Shown here: one piece after another, positions 19,062-28,487 of the stretch
Layout: the number at the start of each line of letters is the position of its first letter
Numbering within the stretch: position 1 is the stretch's first letter
DNA from: a virus
Virus record (IMG/VR): IMGVR_UViG_3300021963_007890
Location: 1 to 64,000 of that record
DNA: 64,000 bases
Strand: one strand, 5' to 3'
Translations under genes and position numbers: made by a program
The notes under the pieces: generated by a model
Database searches by the model: none
What the model was told of the DNA's origin: nothing
What the model saw: the letters and a program-made list of their open reading frames with translations, nothing else

Positions 19062-19196
19062 CTAAACAACTGGTTTACTATCTTGACGATCTAACCAATC
19101 TTTAATTTTCTTTTTTAACACCTTAGCCCAAAATGGTTCCGGAATGTGCCATCCTATGAATGCTCCGATCAATATTCCTACGGCGATATCAAACAT
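19062..19196 (-). CDS. 44-aa membrane protein missing from the ORF track (MFDIAVGILIGAFIGWHIPEPFWAKVLKKK...)
   Basis: Manual translation; GGAGG SD upstream; first gene after the minus-strand late promoter. Confidence 0.65.
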   Translation of the reverse strand: MFDIAVGILIGAFIGWHIPEPFWAKVLKKKIKDWLDRQDSKPVV

Positions 19197-19222
19197 CGCT
19201 GCCTCCGTTTGTCTATGTAAAG

Positions 19223-19241
19223 TATTTATAGGCTATAAATA
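19223..19241. promoter_or_regulatory. Back-to-back T4-type late promoters (TATTTATA-GGC-TATAAATA)
   Basis: Exact TATAAATA on both strands, facing the iscU-iscA operon and erpA. Confidence 0.7.
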
Positions 19242-19246
19242 ATTAT

Positions 19247-19570
19247 ATGATCAATATTACAGATTCAGCAAGAGTGAAAATCACCCAATTATTAGATGAA
19301 GAAGGCAATCCAAATCTTAAATTAAGAACCTTTGTTCAAGGCGGCGGTTGCTCTGGCTTTCAATATGGATTTACCTTTGATGAAGATCAAGCCGAAGATG
19401 ATTGGGCTTTTGATCTAGGCCCCTATAAGGTGCTGGTTGATTCAATGAGCATGACCTATTTAGAGAATGCTGAAATTGACTATAAAGATGATATTTCGGG
19501 CAGTCAGTTTACCATTAAGAATCCAAATGCTGAAACAACTTGTGGTTGCGGTAGTAGTTTTTCCGTTTAA
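19247..19570 (+). CDS. erpA: A-type Fe-S insertion protein ErpA
   Basis: [46 protein letters not shown]. Confidence 0.9.
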   Translation: MINITDSARVKITQLLDEEGNPNLKLRTFVQGGGCSGFQYGFTFDEDQAEDDWAFDLGPYKVLVDSMSMTYLENAEIDYKDDISGSQFTIKNPNAETTCGCGSSFSV

Positions 19571-19573
19571 TGC

Positions 19574-19602
19574 TTGACAAACTCAACAATCTCCTATATA
19601 AT
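19574..19602 (+). promoter_or_regulatory. Consensus sigma70 (early) promoter for DNA ligase
   Basis: TTGACA 19574-19579, 17-bp spacer, TATAAT 19597-19602. Confidence 0.8.
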
Positions 19603-19635
19603 ACTGATATCATTAACAACTTGATATTGAATTAT

Positions 19636-20955
19636 ATGAAAGATCCTTGTGAAAGTGTAATTAGTGCTTTGGAAATTCATCCGAGTAGGTTAAACAAAGA
19701 AGCCATTTTAGAGCATCAAGCAGAACAAGATCATCAAGAACTATTTGCTGGTATCCGTTGGTGTCTCAGCCCTTATTCTACTTTTGGTGTTAAAAAAGTT
19801 CCTACACACAGCGGACCTGATGGACAGGGTCTTCCCTGGGAGGCCTTTGAAGAACTGCTTAACCTGCTTAGTTCACGCGAACTTACCGGTCACGATGCTC
19901 GTGATGCCATTGAGTTGGCTCTCAGTGCTAGTAAACAAAATCAATGGAACAACTGGTACCGTCGTATCCTTATCAAAGACCTACGTTGCGGTGTCAGTGA
20001 AAAGACTGTTAACAAGGTTCTCAAAGGTCGTTTTAACAATATCTTATCTGTGCCTGTATTTGAATGTATGCTGGCCCACGATGGTGCTAACCACGAAAAG
20101 AAGATTACGGGTAAGAAATTACTTGAACCAAAATTAGATGGCGTGCGTGTAATTACCATTGTAGATCCACCTAACCGAACCGTAACTCAATATAGCAGAA
20201 ATGGCAAAATTTTGGAAAACTTTAGTCATATCACTAACAGCATCTTGGCCAATATTGATCTCATCGAGCGACCTATGGTGCTTGATGGTGAAATAGTAAG
20301 TTCTAGTTTCCAAGCATTGATGAAACAGGTACATAGAAAAGACAATGTACAGGCAAATGATGCTAGACTAATGCTATTTGATATTTTACCATTGAGTGAG
20401 TTTAAGGCAGGCTCTAGCGTTTTAGGACAAAGACGCCGTAGTAATTTGCTTAGAACGATGAAAAAGATATTTGATAAGATTGGTAGCATTGACATTATTC
20501 CACAGGAAGAAATTGATTTAGATACCTACGTAGGTGAACTTCAATTTAAGGAATTCAACAAAAAAGCAATCGAACAGGGGTTCGAGGGCATTATGATCAA
20601 GGACCCGGATGCCAAATATGTATGTAAGAGATCAACTTCGTGGCTTAAACAAAAACCTTTCATCGAAGTTTCACTTCAAGTCGTTGAAGTTGAAGAGGGC
20701 ACGGGAAGGAACCTGGGCAAACTTGGTGCATTGGTCTTGGAAGGTGTGGATGATGACAAGGCAATCAGAGTCAACTGTGGTTCGGGTTTTAGTGACTCTG
20801 ACCGTGATACATTTTGGACAGGGCGTGATTCGCTACCTGGTCAAGTAGTAGAGGTTAGAGCAGATGCTATTACTCAAAATCAAGATGGTTCTTACTCGCT
20901 TAGGTTTCCACGGTTCCTACGGTTCCGCGGATTTACAGCAGGGGAAAAAATGTAA
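19636..20955 (+). CDS. ATP-dependent DNA ligase (start revised to MKDPCE, downstream of the promoter)
   Basis: Motif I EPKLDGVR, LDGEI, FDIL, EGIMIKD, KRSTSWLKQK, CGSGF, SLRFPRF. Confidence 0.93.
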   Translation: MKDPCESVISALEIHPSRLNKEAILEHQAEQDHQELFAGIRWCLSPYSTFGVKKVPTHSGPDGQGLPWEAFEELLNLLSSRELTGHDARDAIELALSASKQNQWNNWYRRILIKDLRCGVSEKTVNKVLKGRFNNILSVPVFECMLAHDGANHEKKITGKKLLEPKLDGVRVITIVDPPNRTVTQYSRNGKILENFSHITNSILANIDLIERPMVLDGEIVSSSFQALMKQVHRKDNVQANDARLMLFDILPLSEFKAGSSVLGQRRRSNLLRTMKKIFDKIGSIDIIPQEEIDLDTYVGELQFKEFNKKAIEQGFEGIMIKDPDAKYVCKRSTSWLKQKPFIEVSLQVVEVEEGTGRNLGKLGALVLEGVDDDKAIRVNCGSGFSDSDRDTFWTGRDSLPGQVVEVRADAITQNQDGSYSLRFPRFLRFRGFTAGEKM

Positions 20956-20956
20956 A

Positions 20957-21199
20957 TTGGACAAAGCAGCCTTAAAGAATATACTATATGGGAGCATAGC
21001 AGAACTGGCTAAGGATCGTAGGTTCTATAACTATAGCGAATTTGGTGAAAAATACTGCTATTTCACTGATGAAGGTAATCAAGCCGTTTTAGAAATTCTA
21101 CAGACCTGGACGGCTAAATTAATGGAAGAAGAAAAGAGATTATTAGATAAACGAGCTAAAGAACTTGTATTAAAAGGATTAAAAGGAGAAGAAACTTAA
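20957..21199 (+). CDS. Hypothetical protein (probable TTG start, MDKAALKN)
   Basis: Fills the gap between ligase and infA; the ORF-track start overlaps ligase by 92 nt. Confidence 0.6.
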   Translation: MDKAALKNILYGSIAELAKDRRFYNYSEFGEKYCYFTDEGNQAVLEILQTWTAKLMEEEKRLLDKRAKELVLKGLKGEET

Positions 21200-21418
21200 G
21201 TGCCAAAAGACGATGTAATCAGTATGGACGGACAGGTCCAGGAAGTATTGCCCAACGCAATGTTTAGGGTAAAATTAGAGCAAGGGCCAATCGTCCTTGG
21301 ACATATTAGCGGAAAGATGCGCCAAAACAAAATTCAAATATTAACAGGCGATAGAGTGAAGATAGAAATGAGTCCATACGATTTGACTCGTGGGCGTATA
21401 GTTTATAGAGACAAATAA
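21200..21418 (+). CDS. infA: Translation initiation factor IF-1
   Basis: [40 protein letters not shown]. Confidence 0.96.
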   Translation: MPKDDVISMDGQVQEVLPNAMFRVKLEQGPIVLGHISGKMRQNKIQILTGDRVKIEMSPYDLTRGRIVYRDK

Positions 21419-21438
21419 AAGGGCCATATGGCCCTTTT
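21417..21438. terminator. Bidirectional intrinsic terminator
   Basis: AAAAGGGCC-ATAT-GGCCCTTTT between convergent infA and HNH genes. Confidence 0.8.
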
Positions 21439-21946
21439 AACCTATGTAGTCCTTCCAACTGGGGTGTAGATAATCCCATTGCATTTTTCTACGCTTTTCC
21501 GCTAGTTCAAAATAACTGGGCTTGTAGGGTTTGATTTTAGGTTTGATTTTGTAATTATTGCCCTTTTTACTGTTACAGCCCATACAACTACAGCAGGTAT
21601 TTTCCCACTGTGTCTTACCACCGTGGCTTATGGGCAGGATATGATCTAGAGTGGCAGTTTTTTTGTTGACATCAACACCACAGTATTGGCAACGATAGTG
21701 ATCCCGTAAGAACACATTTTGCTTACTGTAACGAACACCGGTTTTTTTCTTTTGGTACTCCTTTAGGATCATAACCGCGGGAACCTGCGTAGACCAATTA
21801 GGACTACGAACAATCCAATGCTCATACCATTCTAACACGGTAGCCTTGTCAGAAACCATATATTTGATTGCTTCTTCCCAGCTGATAGTGCTTAGAGGAA
21901 CAAGACTTACAGGCGCAGCATCTGCGTTTAATATTAGGCAAGTCAT
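21437..21946 (-). CDS. HNH endonuclease (McrA-like)
   Basis: LILNAD...RDHYRCQYCG...TLDHILPISHGG...WEN...CMGCNSKKG. Confidence 0.9.
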   Translation of the reverse strand: MTCLILNADAAPVSLVPLSTISWEEAIKYMVSDKATVLEWYEHWIVRSPNWSTQVPAVMILKEYQKKKTGVRYSKQNVFLRDHYRCQYCGVDVNKKTATLDHILPISHGGKTQWENTCCSCMGCNSKKGNNYKIKPKIKPYKPSYFELAEKRRKMQWDYLHPSWKDYIG

Positions 21947-22043
21947 AAAAAGTATTTATATAGGGGTTTAACAAGTTAGAGTGTAACATCAATATAGTCA
22001 AAGAGCAACTAAATAAGCAAACTACCCGAAATTTGGAACACAT

Positions 22044-24248
22044 ATGGCGATAACTTACATCAATACAGGTTCAGGTGCTAATGCAGGCGACGGAGACTCG
22101 ATTCGTGCTGCCTTTATTAAAGTCAACAATAATTTTAGTTATTTGTCTGCCTACCCTGTAACAAGTTCTACACAGTATTATCACGTTATTCCGGCATTAG
22201 ACAATACCTATAATCTGGGCAGCACTTTAAAATCCTGGTCTAATCTATATATAGATAACACCATAATATTGAACAGCAGCACATTGGCTGTAAACACAGT
22301 AGGAAACCTCATATTCAACAATGTTCCAATCAGTATAACCAGTGTGGGTGAAAACCCTCCTGCTGCTCCTAGTACTGGTACTACTTGGTACGATACTGTA
22401 TCCGGCGAATTGTTTATCTATTATGACGGAAGCTGGGTCGATACTAATCCAAGCGGAGGCATGGGTGGTGGTGGTTCAACAAACCTTACCAGCGTAAATT
22501 CTAATATCTATCCCAGGGTTAGTTCTATCTATAATATAGGCACCCCTACAGCGGTATGGAATAATCTTCATATCAATAGAGCTTTTTTTGGTACAAATAC
22601 CTTAACAGTTAATACTGCTAATATTTTAACATTTAATGGAACAGCAGTTCAAGGACAATCAGGACCAACAGGGCCAGTAGGACCGACAGGATTGGTAGGT
22701 GGCACTCGAATAGTTGTCACAGCTACAAATGACAACCTTAACTTTGTATTAGATGATGAAACCGATCCTACCATACAATTGATCAGAGGATTTACCTACT
22801 ACTTTGATGTGAATACTCCAGGTTATAATTTCTGGATTAAGACATCTCCTGTAACTGGTTTTGGATCAGGTTATCCCGGTGTTATCAACAATGGCACAAG
22901 TACAGGTATAGTTCAATTTACAGTACCAAGAAATGCCGCAGGTGTGATATATTACATTGATCAAAACTACGGGGCCATGGCGGGGACCTTCAATACTATA
23001 GATTATCAAGCACCTGGACCAACCGGAGCAGCTGGACCAACCGGACCTAGCGGCCCTGGAGCTAATCAGGCTTTGAACACTACAAGTTCAGTAAGGTTTA
23101 GGAATTTAACTGTAGATGGGACTGCTATTTTCAATAGCACAGTTACCTATGTGGCTAACCAAAATACAATATACACTGATTCAATGATAGAACTTCATAG
23201 TGCCCCTTCTGGAGATCAGCTATACAACGTTATTAATAATGGAGCATCTGAATGGTTACTTGATGGAGTAAGTAATCCTACTATTACGCTGGTAAGAAAT
23301 CGTACCTACAGGTTCGCTGTTGTAGCCATTAATCATCCTTTTTATATTAAAACAGCACCTGTGACCGGATTAGGAAATACCTATGATGAGGGGGTAACCA
23401 ATAATGGCACAGAGGCAGGTAACTTAGATTTTACAGTACCAAGTGACGCTCCTGCTACATTATATTATATCTGCGGCGTACATAGCTCTATGTTTGGTAT
23501 TATTAATGTAGTAGATGAAGGCGACCCTTCAGTACAATGGACCGTTAACGATGGCAATGATATAGGATTTAGGTTTCATTATTTTGATACACAAGATAGA
23601 AATGCCGGATTGCTGCTGTCAAATCAAGACAGAACCTTAGATTGGTATAGCAGCGGATTAAGCAATGTTTTTACCGCTACATTTACAGGAACCTTTGGTA
23701 AATTTAGAACAGGAAGTATTGAACTTAAGACAACTGCCAGTGTAATTACCTTTGCTGACGGTAGGACACAGAACGTGCCATTCCAGGGCACAGCCAGTTT
23801 TGCTACCAGTGCTACTTTTGCTTCTACCTCTACAACGGCCACAGACGCATTTAATGTTCTAGGTGGATCAATACAAGGATCTGTTGTAAATGGAACCACT
23901 AGCACGACACAGGTAGGTTATCTTGTTGTACCTCAAGTAAGTCTGTTTAATACGTCAACTTATACATTGTCTATAAACGACCAAGGCAAACATTTGTATA
24001 GCATAACAACTACCAGTCAGACAGTGACAATTCCTCCATATATATTTGCTCCATTTCCAACAGGCACAGCAGTTACAGTGGTTCTTAGAGGTATAGGAAC
24101 AGTGGCAATAAACACAGGGGTAGGGGTAACTTTAATTTTAGCTGGCACTGAAGAAGTTGGTAATAGAACTCTGTTAGCAAATGGTATGGCTACTCTATTA
24201 AAAGTAGAGCAAGATATTTGGTTTATCAATGGAACAGGACTTAACTAA
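22044..24248 (+). CDS. Baseplate/tail-fibre-like protein with T4 gp9/gp10-like N-terminus, short collagen segments and two cupredoxin-like repeats
   Basis: INTGSGANAGDGDSIRAAFIKVNNNF; GPTGP tracts; repeated PTI.L.R..TY.F....F.IKT.PVTG.G..Y.GV.NNGT..G...FTVP..A...YY. Confidence 0.7.
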   Translation: MAITYINTGSGANAGDGDSIRAAFIKVNNNFSYLSAYPVTSSTQYYHVIPALDNTYNLGSTLKSWSNLYIDNTIILNSSTLAVNTVGNLIFNNVPISITSVGENPPAAPSTGTTWYDTVSGELFIYYDGSWVDTNPSGGMGGGGSTNLTSVNSNIYPRVSSIYNIGTPTAVWNNLHINRAFFGTNTLTVNTANILTFNGTAVQGQSGPTGPVGPTGLVGGTRIVVTATNDNLNFVLDDETDPTIQLIRGFTYYFDVNTPGYNFWIKTSPVTGFGSGYPGVINNGTSTGIVQFTVPRNAAGVIYYIDQNYGAMAGTFNTIDYQAPGPTGAAGPTGPSGPGANQALNTTSSVRFRNLTVDGTAIFNSTVTYVANQNTIYTDSMIELHSAPSGDQLYNVINNGASEWLLDGVSNPTITLVRNRTYRFAVVAINHPFYIKTAPVTGLGNTYDEGVTNNGTEAGNLDFTVPSDAPATLYYICGVHSSMFGIINVVDEGDPSVQWTVNDGNDIGFRFHYFDTQDRNAGLLLSNQDRTLDWYSSGLSNVFTATFTGTFGKFRTGSIELKTTASVITFADGRTQNVPFQGTASFATSATFASTSTTATDAFNVLGGSIQGSVVNGTTSTTQVGYLVVPQVSLFNTSTYTLSINDQGKHLYSITTTSQTVTIPPYIFAPFPTGTAVTVVLRGIGTVAINTGVGVTLILAGTEEVGNRTLLANGMATLLKVEQDIWFINGTGLN

Positions 24249-25723
24249 TGACAGGGATTACTCAAATGGTTCTGACACAGTCAGAAACCATCGCAGGATA
24301 TAGAGGAAATCTGGCAAATAGCAATAGTTTAGTTTTTGGACAGAATGCTCCTGCTGCTTTGACAGCCACAGATGTAGCAACAATGTCATCTTTAAATCTA
24401 TCTGGTATCAATGCTATTAACACCAGTGCGTGGACTCTTCAATACTGGGTTAATCACAGCAATATTCAATTCAATGAAGGTATAGTCCATAACAATGGAC
24501 AAGCCATAGTAGGAAGCACAACAGTTATTGGCGGTCTAGCTATACTTCATGTAGAAAATGCTGTCTATGTCAATAACTATCTAATAACTAATGCTGAATG
24601 TATTTTACCTACTCAGGCTAGTGCTACACAGACTTGGCAAAGGGATGTGTGGTATAATGTAGTGGTGAGTAAAAATACAGCCGGACAGATAACATCTTGG
24701 ATAAATGGATATAGAACTGCTGCTGGCATAATAGAACCTGTACCAGGTAGCAATGTATCATACAACTTTCCTCCTATATTCATAGGTACCTGGAGAAATA
24801 CTTACGGAGTAGGAACAACAAACAACCTTATTGGAAAATTATATAATTTACAGTTAGTTGTTGGTAGAGCACTCTATGATTTTACTTCTACTCAAATAAC
24901 TGTAGCAGATAGATCTTATTCAGCATCTACTACAGGTACTTCAATGTTATTACTATCCAGAAGAGGACAGACCTTTATTGATTCAGCTGGTAACGCCACA
25001 TTATCACCTAGAGCAGGAACAGTAAATTTCAGTGCTTCTACGCCCTTTCACGATGAACCGCAAAAGTTTAGCATTAGGACTAGCTATAGTAGTCCCTTTC
25101 AAGACAGCAGAAGTGGTAGTTATTATTTCTTCGGTAGAAATTCTAGTTATGCTAGTTACATTATAGCAAATAATAAATTGTCTTTAGGTACAGGAGATTT
25201 TTGTATAGAATGGTTTGGTAATCTACAAAATATCGGTAGAACTCTAAGTACACCATGGTGGTTTGAAACCGGGGCAACGCCTATCATTGGGGTTAGGTTT
25301 GAAACAGCAGGATCTAATTCAGACGTGAAAGTTACTACTGCGGTAGGTACTTCTACATTGGCTACAATAGCTATCACCGGTTATGAAAAACAATGGACAC
25401 ACTGGGCCTTGGTTAGAATCAGTGGCTTACTTTATTTTTATAAGAATGGTGTTTTACAAAATGTAGGAGGTACAAGTTTTACAGATGATCTATCCAATAG
25501 TTCAGGTATATTTTATATAGGTAAAAAAGGATCAACAGCAGTTGACCAAGAAACATTTTATGGTTATATTACTAATTTAAGAATAGCAACTACCGGTACC
25601 TATACGGGAAACTTCACAACTCCTACCAACAGCCTATTACGACTACAGACTGCTAATTATTATAGTGGAACTAACACACAGGCGTTAGCTTCATATCAGG
25701 TACCACTTTTGATGGTGCCGTAA
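24248..25723 (+). CDS. Tandem LamG/concanavalin A-like lectin-fold virion protein
   Basis: WTLQYWV...WYNVVVS...WING and GTGDFCIEWF...WTHWALVR...YFYKNG...FYGYITNLRI. Confidence 0.7.
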   Translation: MTGITQMVLTQSETIAGYRGNLANSNSLVFGQNAPAALTATDVATMSSLNLSGINAINTSAWTLQYWVNHSNIQFNEGIVHNNGQAIVGSTTVIGGLAILHVENAVYVNNYLITNAECILPTQASATQTWQRDVWYNVVVSKNTAGQITSWINGYRTAAGIIEPVPGSNVSYNFPPIFIGTWRNTYGVGTTNNLIGKLYNLQLVVGRALYDFTSTQITVADRSYSASTTGTSMLLLSRRGQTFIDSAGNATLSPRAGTVNFSASTPFHDEPQKFSIRTSYSSPFQDSRSGSYYFFGRNSSYASYIIANNKLSLGTGDFCIEWFGNLQNIGRTLSTPWWFETGATPIIGVRFETAGSNSDVKVTTAVGTSTLATIAITGYEKQWTHWALVRISGLLYFYKNGVLQNVGGTSFTDDLSNSSGIFYIGKKGSTAVDQETFYGYITNLRIATTGTYTGNFTTPTNSLLRLQTANYYSGTNTQALASYQVPLLMVP

Positions 25724-25752
25724 CGGTAAATATTAGAAATTAGGACACTAAA

Positions 25753-26451
25753 ATGGCATTAGACTTCCCCTCAAATCCAACTCCGGGTACTGTATATCAA
25801 GCACCTAATGATGTTCTTTATGTATTTGACGGAACAAAGTGGGTAGGCAGTGTTCAAGTTACTGAAATATCCTCAAATTTAATTCCAGCTGATGATTTAG
25901 CCTATGACCTAGGGGAAAATGTCTCAAGATGGCGAACTGTGTTCGCATCAACAATGACTCTATATGGCACACAGACCTCAACCTCAACCACCACAGGTGC
26001 TTTGGTTATTGCAGGAGGAGTAGGAGTAGGTGGTAGCTTATATGTAGGTGGGCCTGTTTACAGTCAAGGAATACGATTAACTGTTTTAGAAGAAACATTT
26101 GAAACAAAAAACACTGTCACAGGTGTCACCGTTCATGATTGTACAACAAATAGATTATTTTATCTAACCAATGTAAGTGGTAACTTTACCCCAAACCTAA
26201 CAAATTTAAATTTAGCCAGCGGAGAAGCAACTTCTATTTCTATTGTAGTCGTTCAAACATCTACAGCTAGATCAATAAGTGAAATTCAAATAGCAGGAAC
26301 TACCACAGGTGTAGTTCTATCGTGGCAAGGATCAATATCTGCACCTTCAGGTAATGCTTCAAGAACGGAAGTATTTACATTTAGAGTTCTTTGTACAGGT
26401 AGCAATGCCTATACAGTATTAGGAATGATGACCTCATTTGGAGGAGTGTAG
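25753..26451 (+). CDS. Fibre-like virion protein
   Basis: MALDFPSNP...YVFDGTKW; STSTTTGALVIAGGVGVGGSLYVGG repeat typical of phage fibres. Confidence 0.65.
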   Translation: MALDFPSNPTPGTVYQAPNDVLYVFDGTKWVGSVQVTEISSNLIPADDLAYDLGENVSRWRTVFASTMTLYGTQTSTSTTTGALVIAGGVGVGGSLYVGGPVYSQGIRLTVLEETFETKNTVTGVTVHDCTTNRLFYLTNVSGNFTPNLTNLNLASGEATSISIVVVQTSTARSISEIQIAGTTTGVVLSWQGSISAPSGNASRTEVFTFRVLCTGSNAYTVLGMMTSFGGV

Positions 26452-26558
26452 TGTTTGGAAATTTCAGCAAATCCTTCAGTTATGGTAAAAGAGGGCCCAC
26501 TAGTCCATATGGCATTGTTTTAACGGTAAATAGTAAATTATGCGAGCAACTGATATAA
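26451..26558 (+). pseudogene. Probable remnant of an internally deleted gene (MFGNFSKSFSYGKRGP...)
   Basis: GTG overlaps upstream TAG behind a strong GGAGGAG SD; only 35 codons; contains the same TAACGGTAAATA gene-end/promoter 12-mer as at 25721. Confidence 0.35.
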
Positions 26559-26839
26559 TTAGAGGTGTATTAGATCTTATTGATAAGATCGATTGCGGTA
26601 ATCAACCTACAGATTCCGATGCAATTGTTACAGGTGTTGACAATAATCGTTTTAAACAGATATTTGATTTACTCAGCCAAGAACACGAACAAATGTATAA
26701 CAATAGTCCTGCTGAACGTGTAGCTGGAATTGATTCTGTAACTGTAGATGCAGGCGGAGGCTGGAATGGTCCTAAAAATCCTGCTGATCACAGGGCTGAT
26801 AGTGTTAGCATGTATCCTAACTACCAAGCAAAGGAATAG
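26540..26839 (+). CDS. Hypothetical late protein
   Basis: 99 aa, TAAATA 7 nt upstream, MRATDII start. Confidence 0.65.
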   Translation: MRATDIIRGVLDLIDKIDCGNQPTDSDAIVTGVDNNRFKQIFDLLSQEHEQMYNNSPAERVAGIDSVTVDAGGGWNGPKNPADHRADSVSMYPNYQAKE

Positions 26840-26841
26840 CT

Positions 26842-27114
26842 ATGTCTGCGAATGGTATTTCTACTTTAACATATAAGGCTGATAGACAAACTACTAAATT
26901 AGCCAAGGCAAAAGCCAAACGTGAAGGCCGTACAGTGGCAGACGATGGTACAATAACAGGTGCTATAGATTCTACTAAACCTTATTATAGATCAAGAAAT
27001 ACACTTAACATAGGACAACTTCCTACAGTTTACACTGCTGGAGACAATGATACCAAAGATGTAACGAACAATCCAAATGTAGGTGGATTAGTTTATGGAA
27101 GGCCTTGGACCTAG
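26842..27114 (+). CDS. Hypothetical protein
   Basis: 90 aa, AAGGA SD, ends NPNVGGLVYGRPWT. Confidence 0.65.
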   Translation: MSANGISTLTYKADRQTTKLAKAKAKREGRTVADDGTITGAIDSTKPYYRSRNTLNIGQLPTVYTAGDNDTKDVTNNPNVGGLVYGRPWT

Positions 27115-27116
27115 TA

Positions 27117-28475
27117 ATGCCTGTTGATAGGTATCTAAACACAGGGTCTAACTACGTTCATCCCAACGAAAGTAATCTCCTTAATATCCATAAGGCGATG
27201 GAGTATAATGCCGTTGGAGAACCTGTTCTTCGTGCCAATGTTAACTTAGTAGGGTCAGGTGAAGGATCAGGTGTTATTTCCAGCATAGACACTAAAGGTC
27301 GTCTCAAAGTTCAAACACAGGAAACAATATTTTTCAATACATTTCAATTTGGTAAAGAAACAGATGTTTGGGATGAATCAGCAGTTAATGGTGCTTCTGC
27401 TACATTTGATACCAGTGTAAGCCAGATTCGTATGGCCGTGACTAATCAGGTAGGATCTAAGGTAATACGTCAGACTCGTAATGTTCAACGCTATACACCA
27501 GGACGACAACAAACTATAGCATTTGCTGTTAGGCTACAAACTCCAGTAACTGGCATACGCCGTAGATTTGGAATGTTCGATGGCACTGACGGATTTTTCT
27601 TTGAAGACTGCGGAACTGTAGATGCTACCACAGGACTTCCACAATATGCCTGTGTGGTCATAAACAGTGACGGAGTCACTCCCACTGTGGAGCGTATATA
27701 TAGAGATCAATGGAACGGTGACAAATTAGATGGCACTGGACCTAGCGGTATTGTTGCTAATCCTACAGCGCAACAGTTGGTCATGATGGACTATGAATGG
27801 TATGGTGCAGGACATATAGTTTTTATGTTTGTGATTAACGGTTTGCCAAGGGTGATACATACTGTTCAAAACGGCAATAGGCTACAGGCTCCTTGGGCTA
27901 AAACACCTTTCTTACCTATTAGATTAGAAATAGAAAATCTTACAGGGGTAGCCGGAACTCACTACCTTTGGCAAGGTAGTAACAGTTTATTATCAGAGGG
28001 ATCTGTTCAAAAATTAGGTATCGCTGAAAGCATACTGACGCCTTTAGCGGGTATTAACATGCCTTTGTCCAACACCTTTTATCCTATAGTTAGCATTAGA
28101 TTAAAAAGCACGGCGCTGACAGGAATTATTCTACCTACTTTTTTCCAAGCAGGCACGGTGGATAACACAGATATCTATTATAAACTTGTTCGTAATGCCA
28201 CAGTAAATGGCACCTGGGTAGACCACCCTGACCCCAATTCTTTTTCGCAATATAACTATACCAGCACAGGCGCAATCACTGACGGCATTGATTTATCATC
28301 CGGTCTAATAACAGCAGGTGGCGGAGGAACTGGAATTAGGGTAGATGCAGACACGGTTTATCAAATAGGTAGAAGCAGTTTAGGAACTGTTAGCGACACT
28401 TTGACCTTGGCCATTGCTGCCAAGAACGCCAATAAAAATGCTGTTGCGTCAATGACTTGGATTGAACAGAGATAA
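27117..28475 (+). CDS. Virion structural protein, paralog of 49785..52925 (start revised to MPVDRY)
   Basis: Shared blocks IRQTR, GMFD..GF.FE, WN.DK.DGTG.SG, DY.WYGAG, SIR, terminal W.E. Confidence 0.65.
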   Translation: MPVDRYLNTGSNYVHPNESNLLNIHKAMEYNAVGEPVLRANVNLVGSGEGSGVISSIDTKGRLKVQTQETIFFNTFQFGKETDVWDESAVNGASATFDTSVSQIRMAVTNQVGSKVIRQTRNVQRYTPGRQQTIAFAVRLQTPVTGIRRRFGMFDGTDGFFFEDCGTVDATTGLPQYACVVINSDGVTPTVERIYRDQWNGDKLDGTGPSGIVANPTAQQLVMMDYEWYGAGHIVFMFVINGLPRVIHTVQNGNRLQAPWAKTPFLPIRLEIENLTGVAGTHYLWQGSNSLLSEGSVQKLGIAESILTPLAGINMPLSNTFYPIVSIRLKSTALTGIILPTFFQAGTVDNTDIYYKLVRNATVNGTWVDHPDPNSFSQYNYTSTGAITDGIDLSSGLITAGGGGTGIRVDADTVYQIGRSSLGTVSDTLTLAIAAKNANKNAVASMTWIEQR

Positions 28476-28487
28476 AAAAGGAAACAT

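Noticed and set aside
19745-20848. Alternate-frame and antisense ORFs inside the ligase (and similar short ORFs within rSAM and structural genes)
   Set aside because: Fully nested in well-supported genes, with no SD or motif support.
21437-21946. HNH as an intron-encoded or homing element
   Set aside because: Free-standing with its own promoter motif and terminator; neighbouring genes are uninterrupted.
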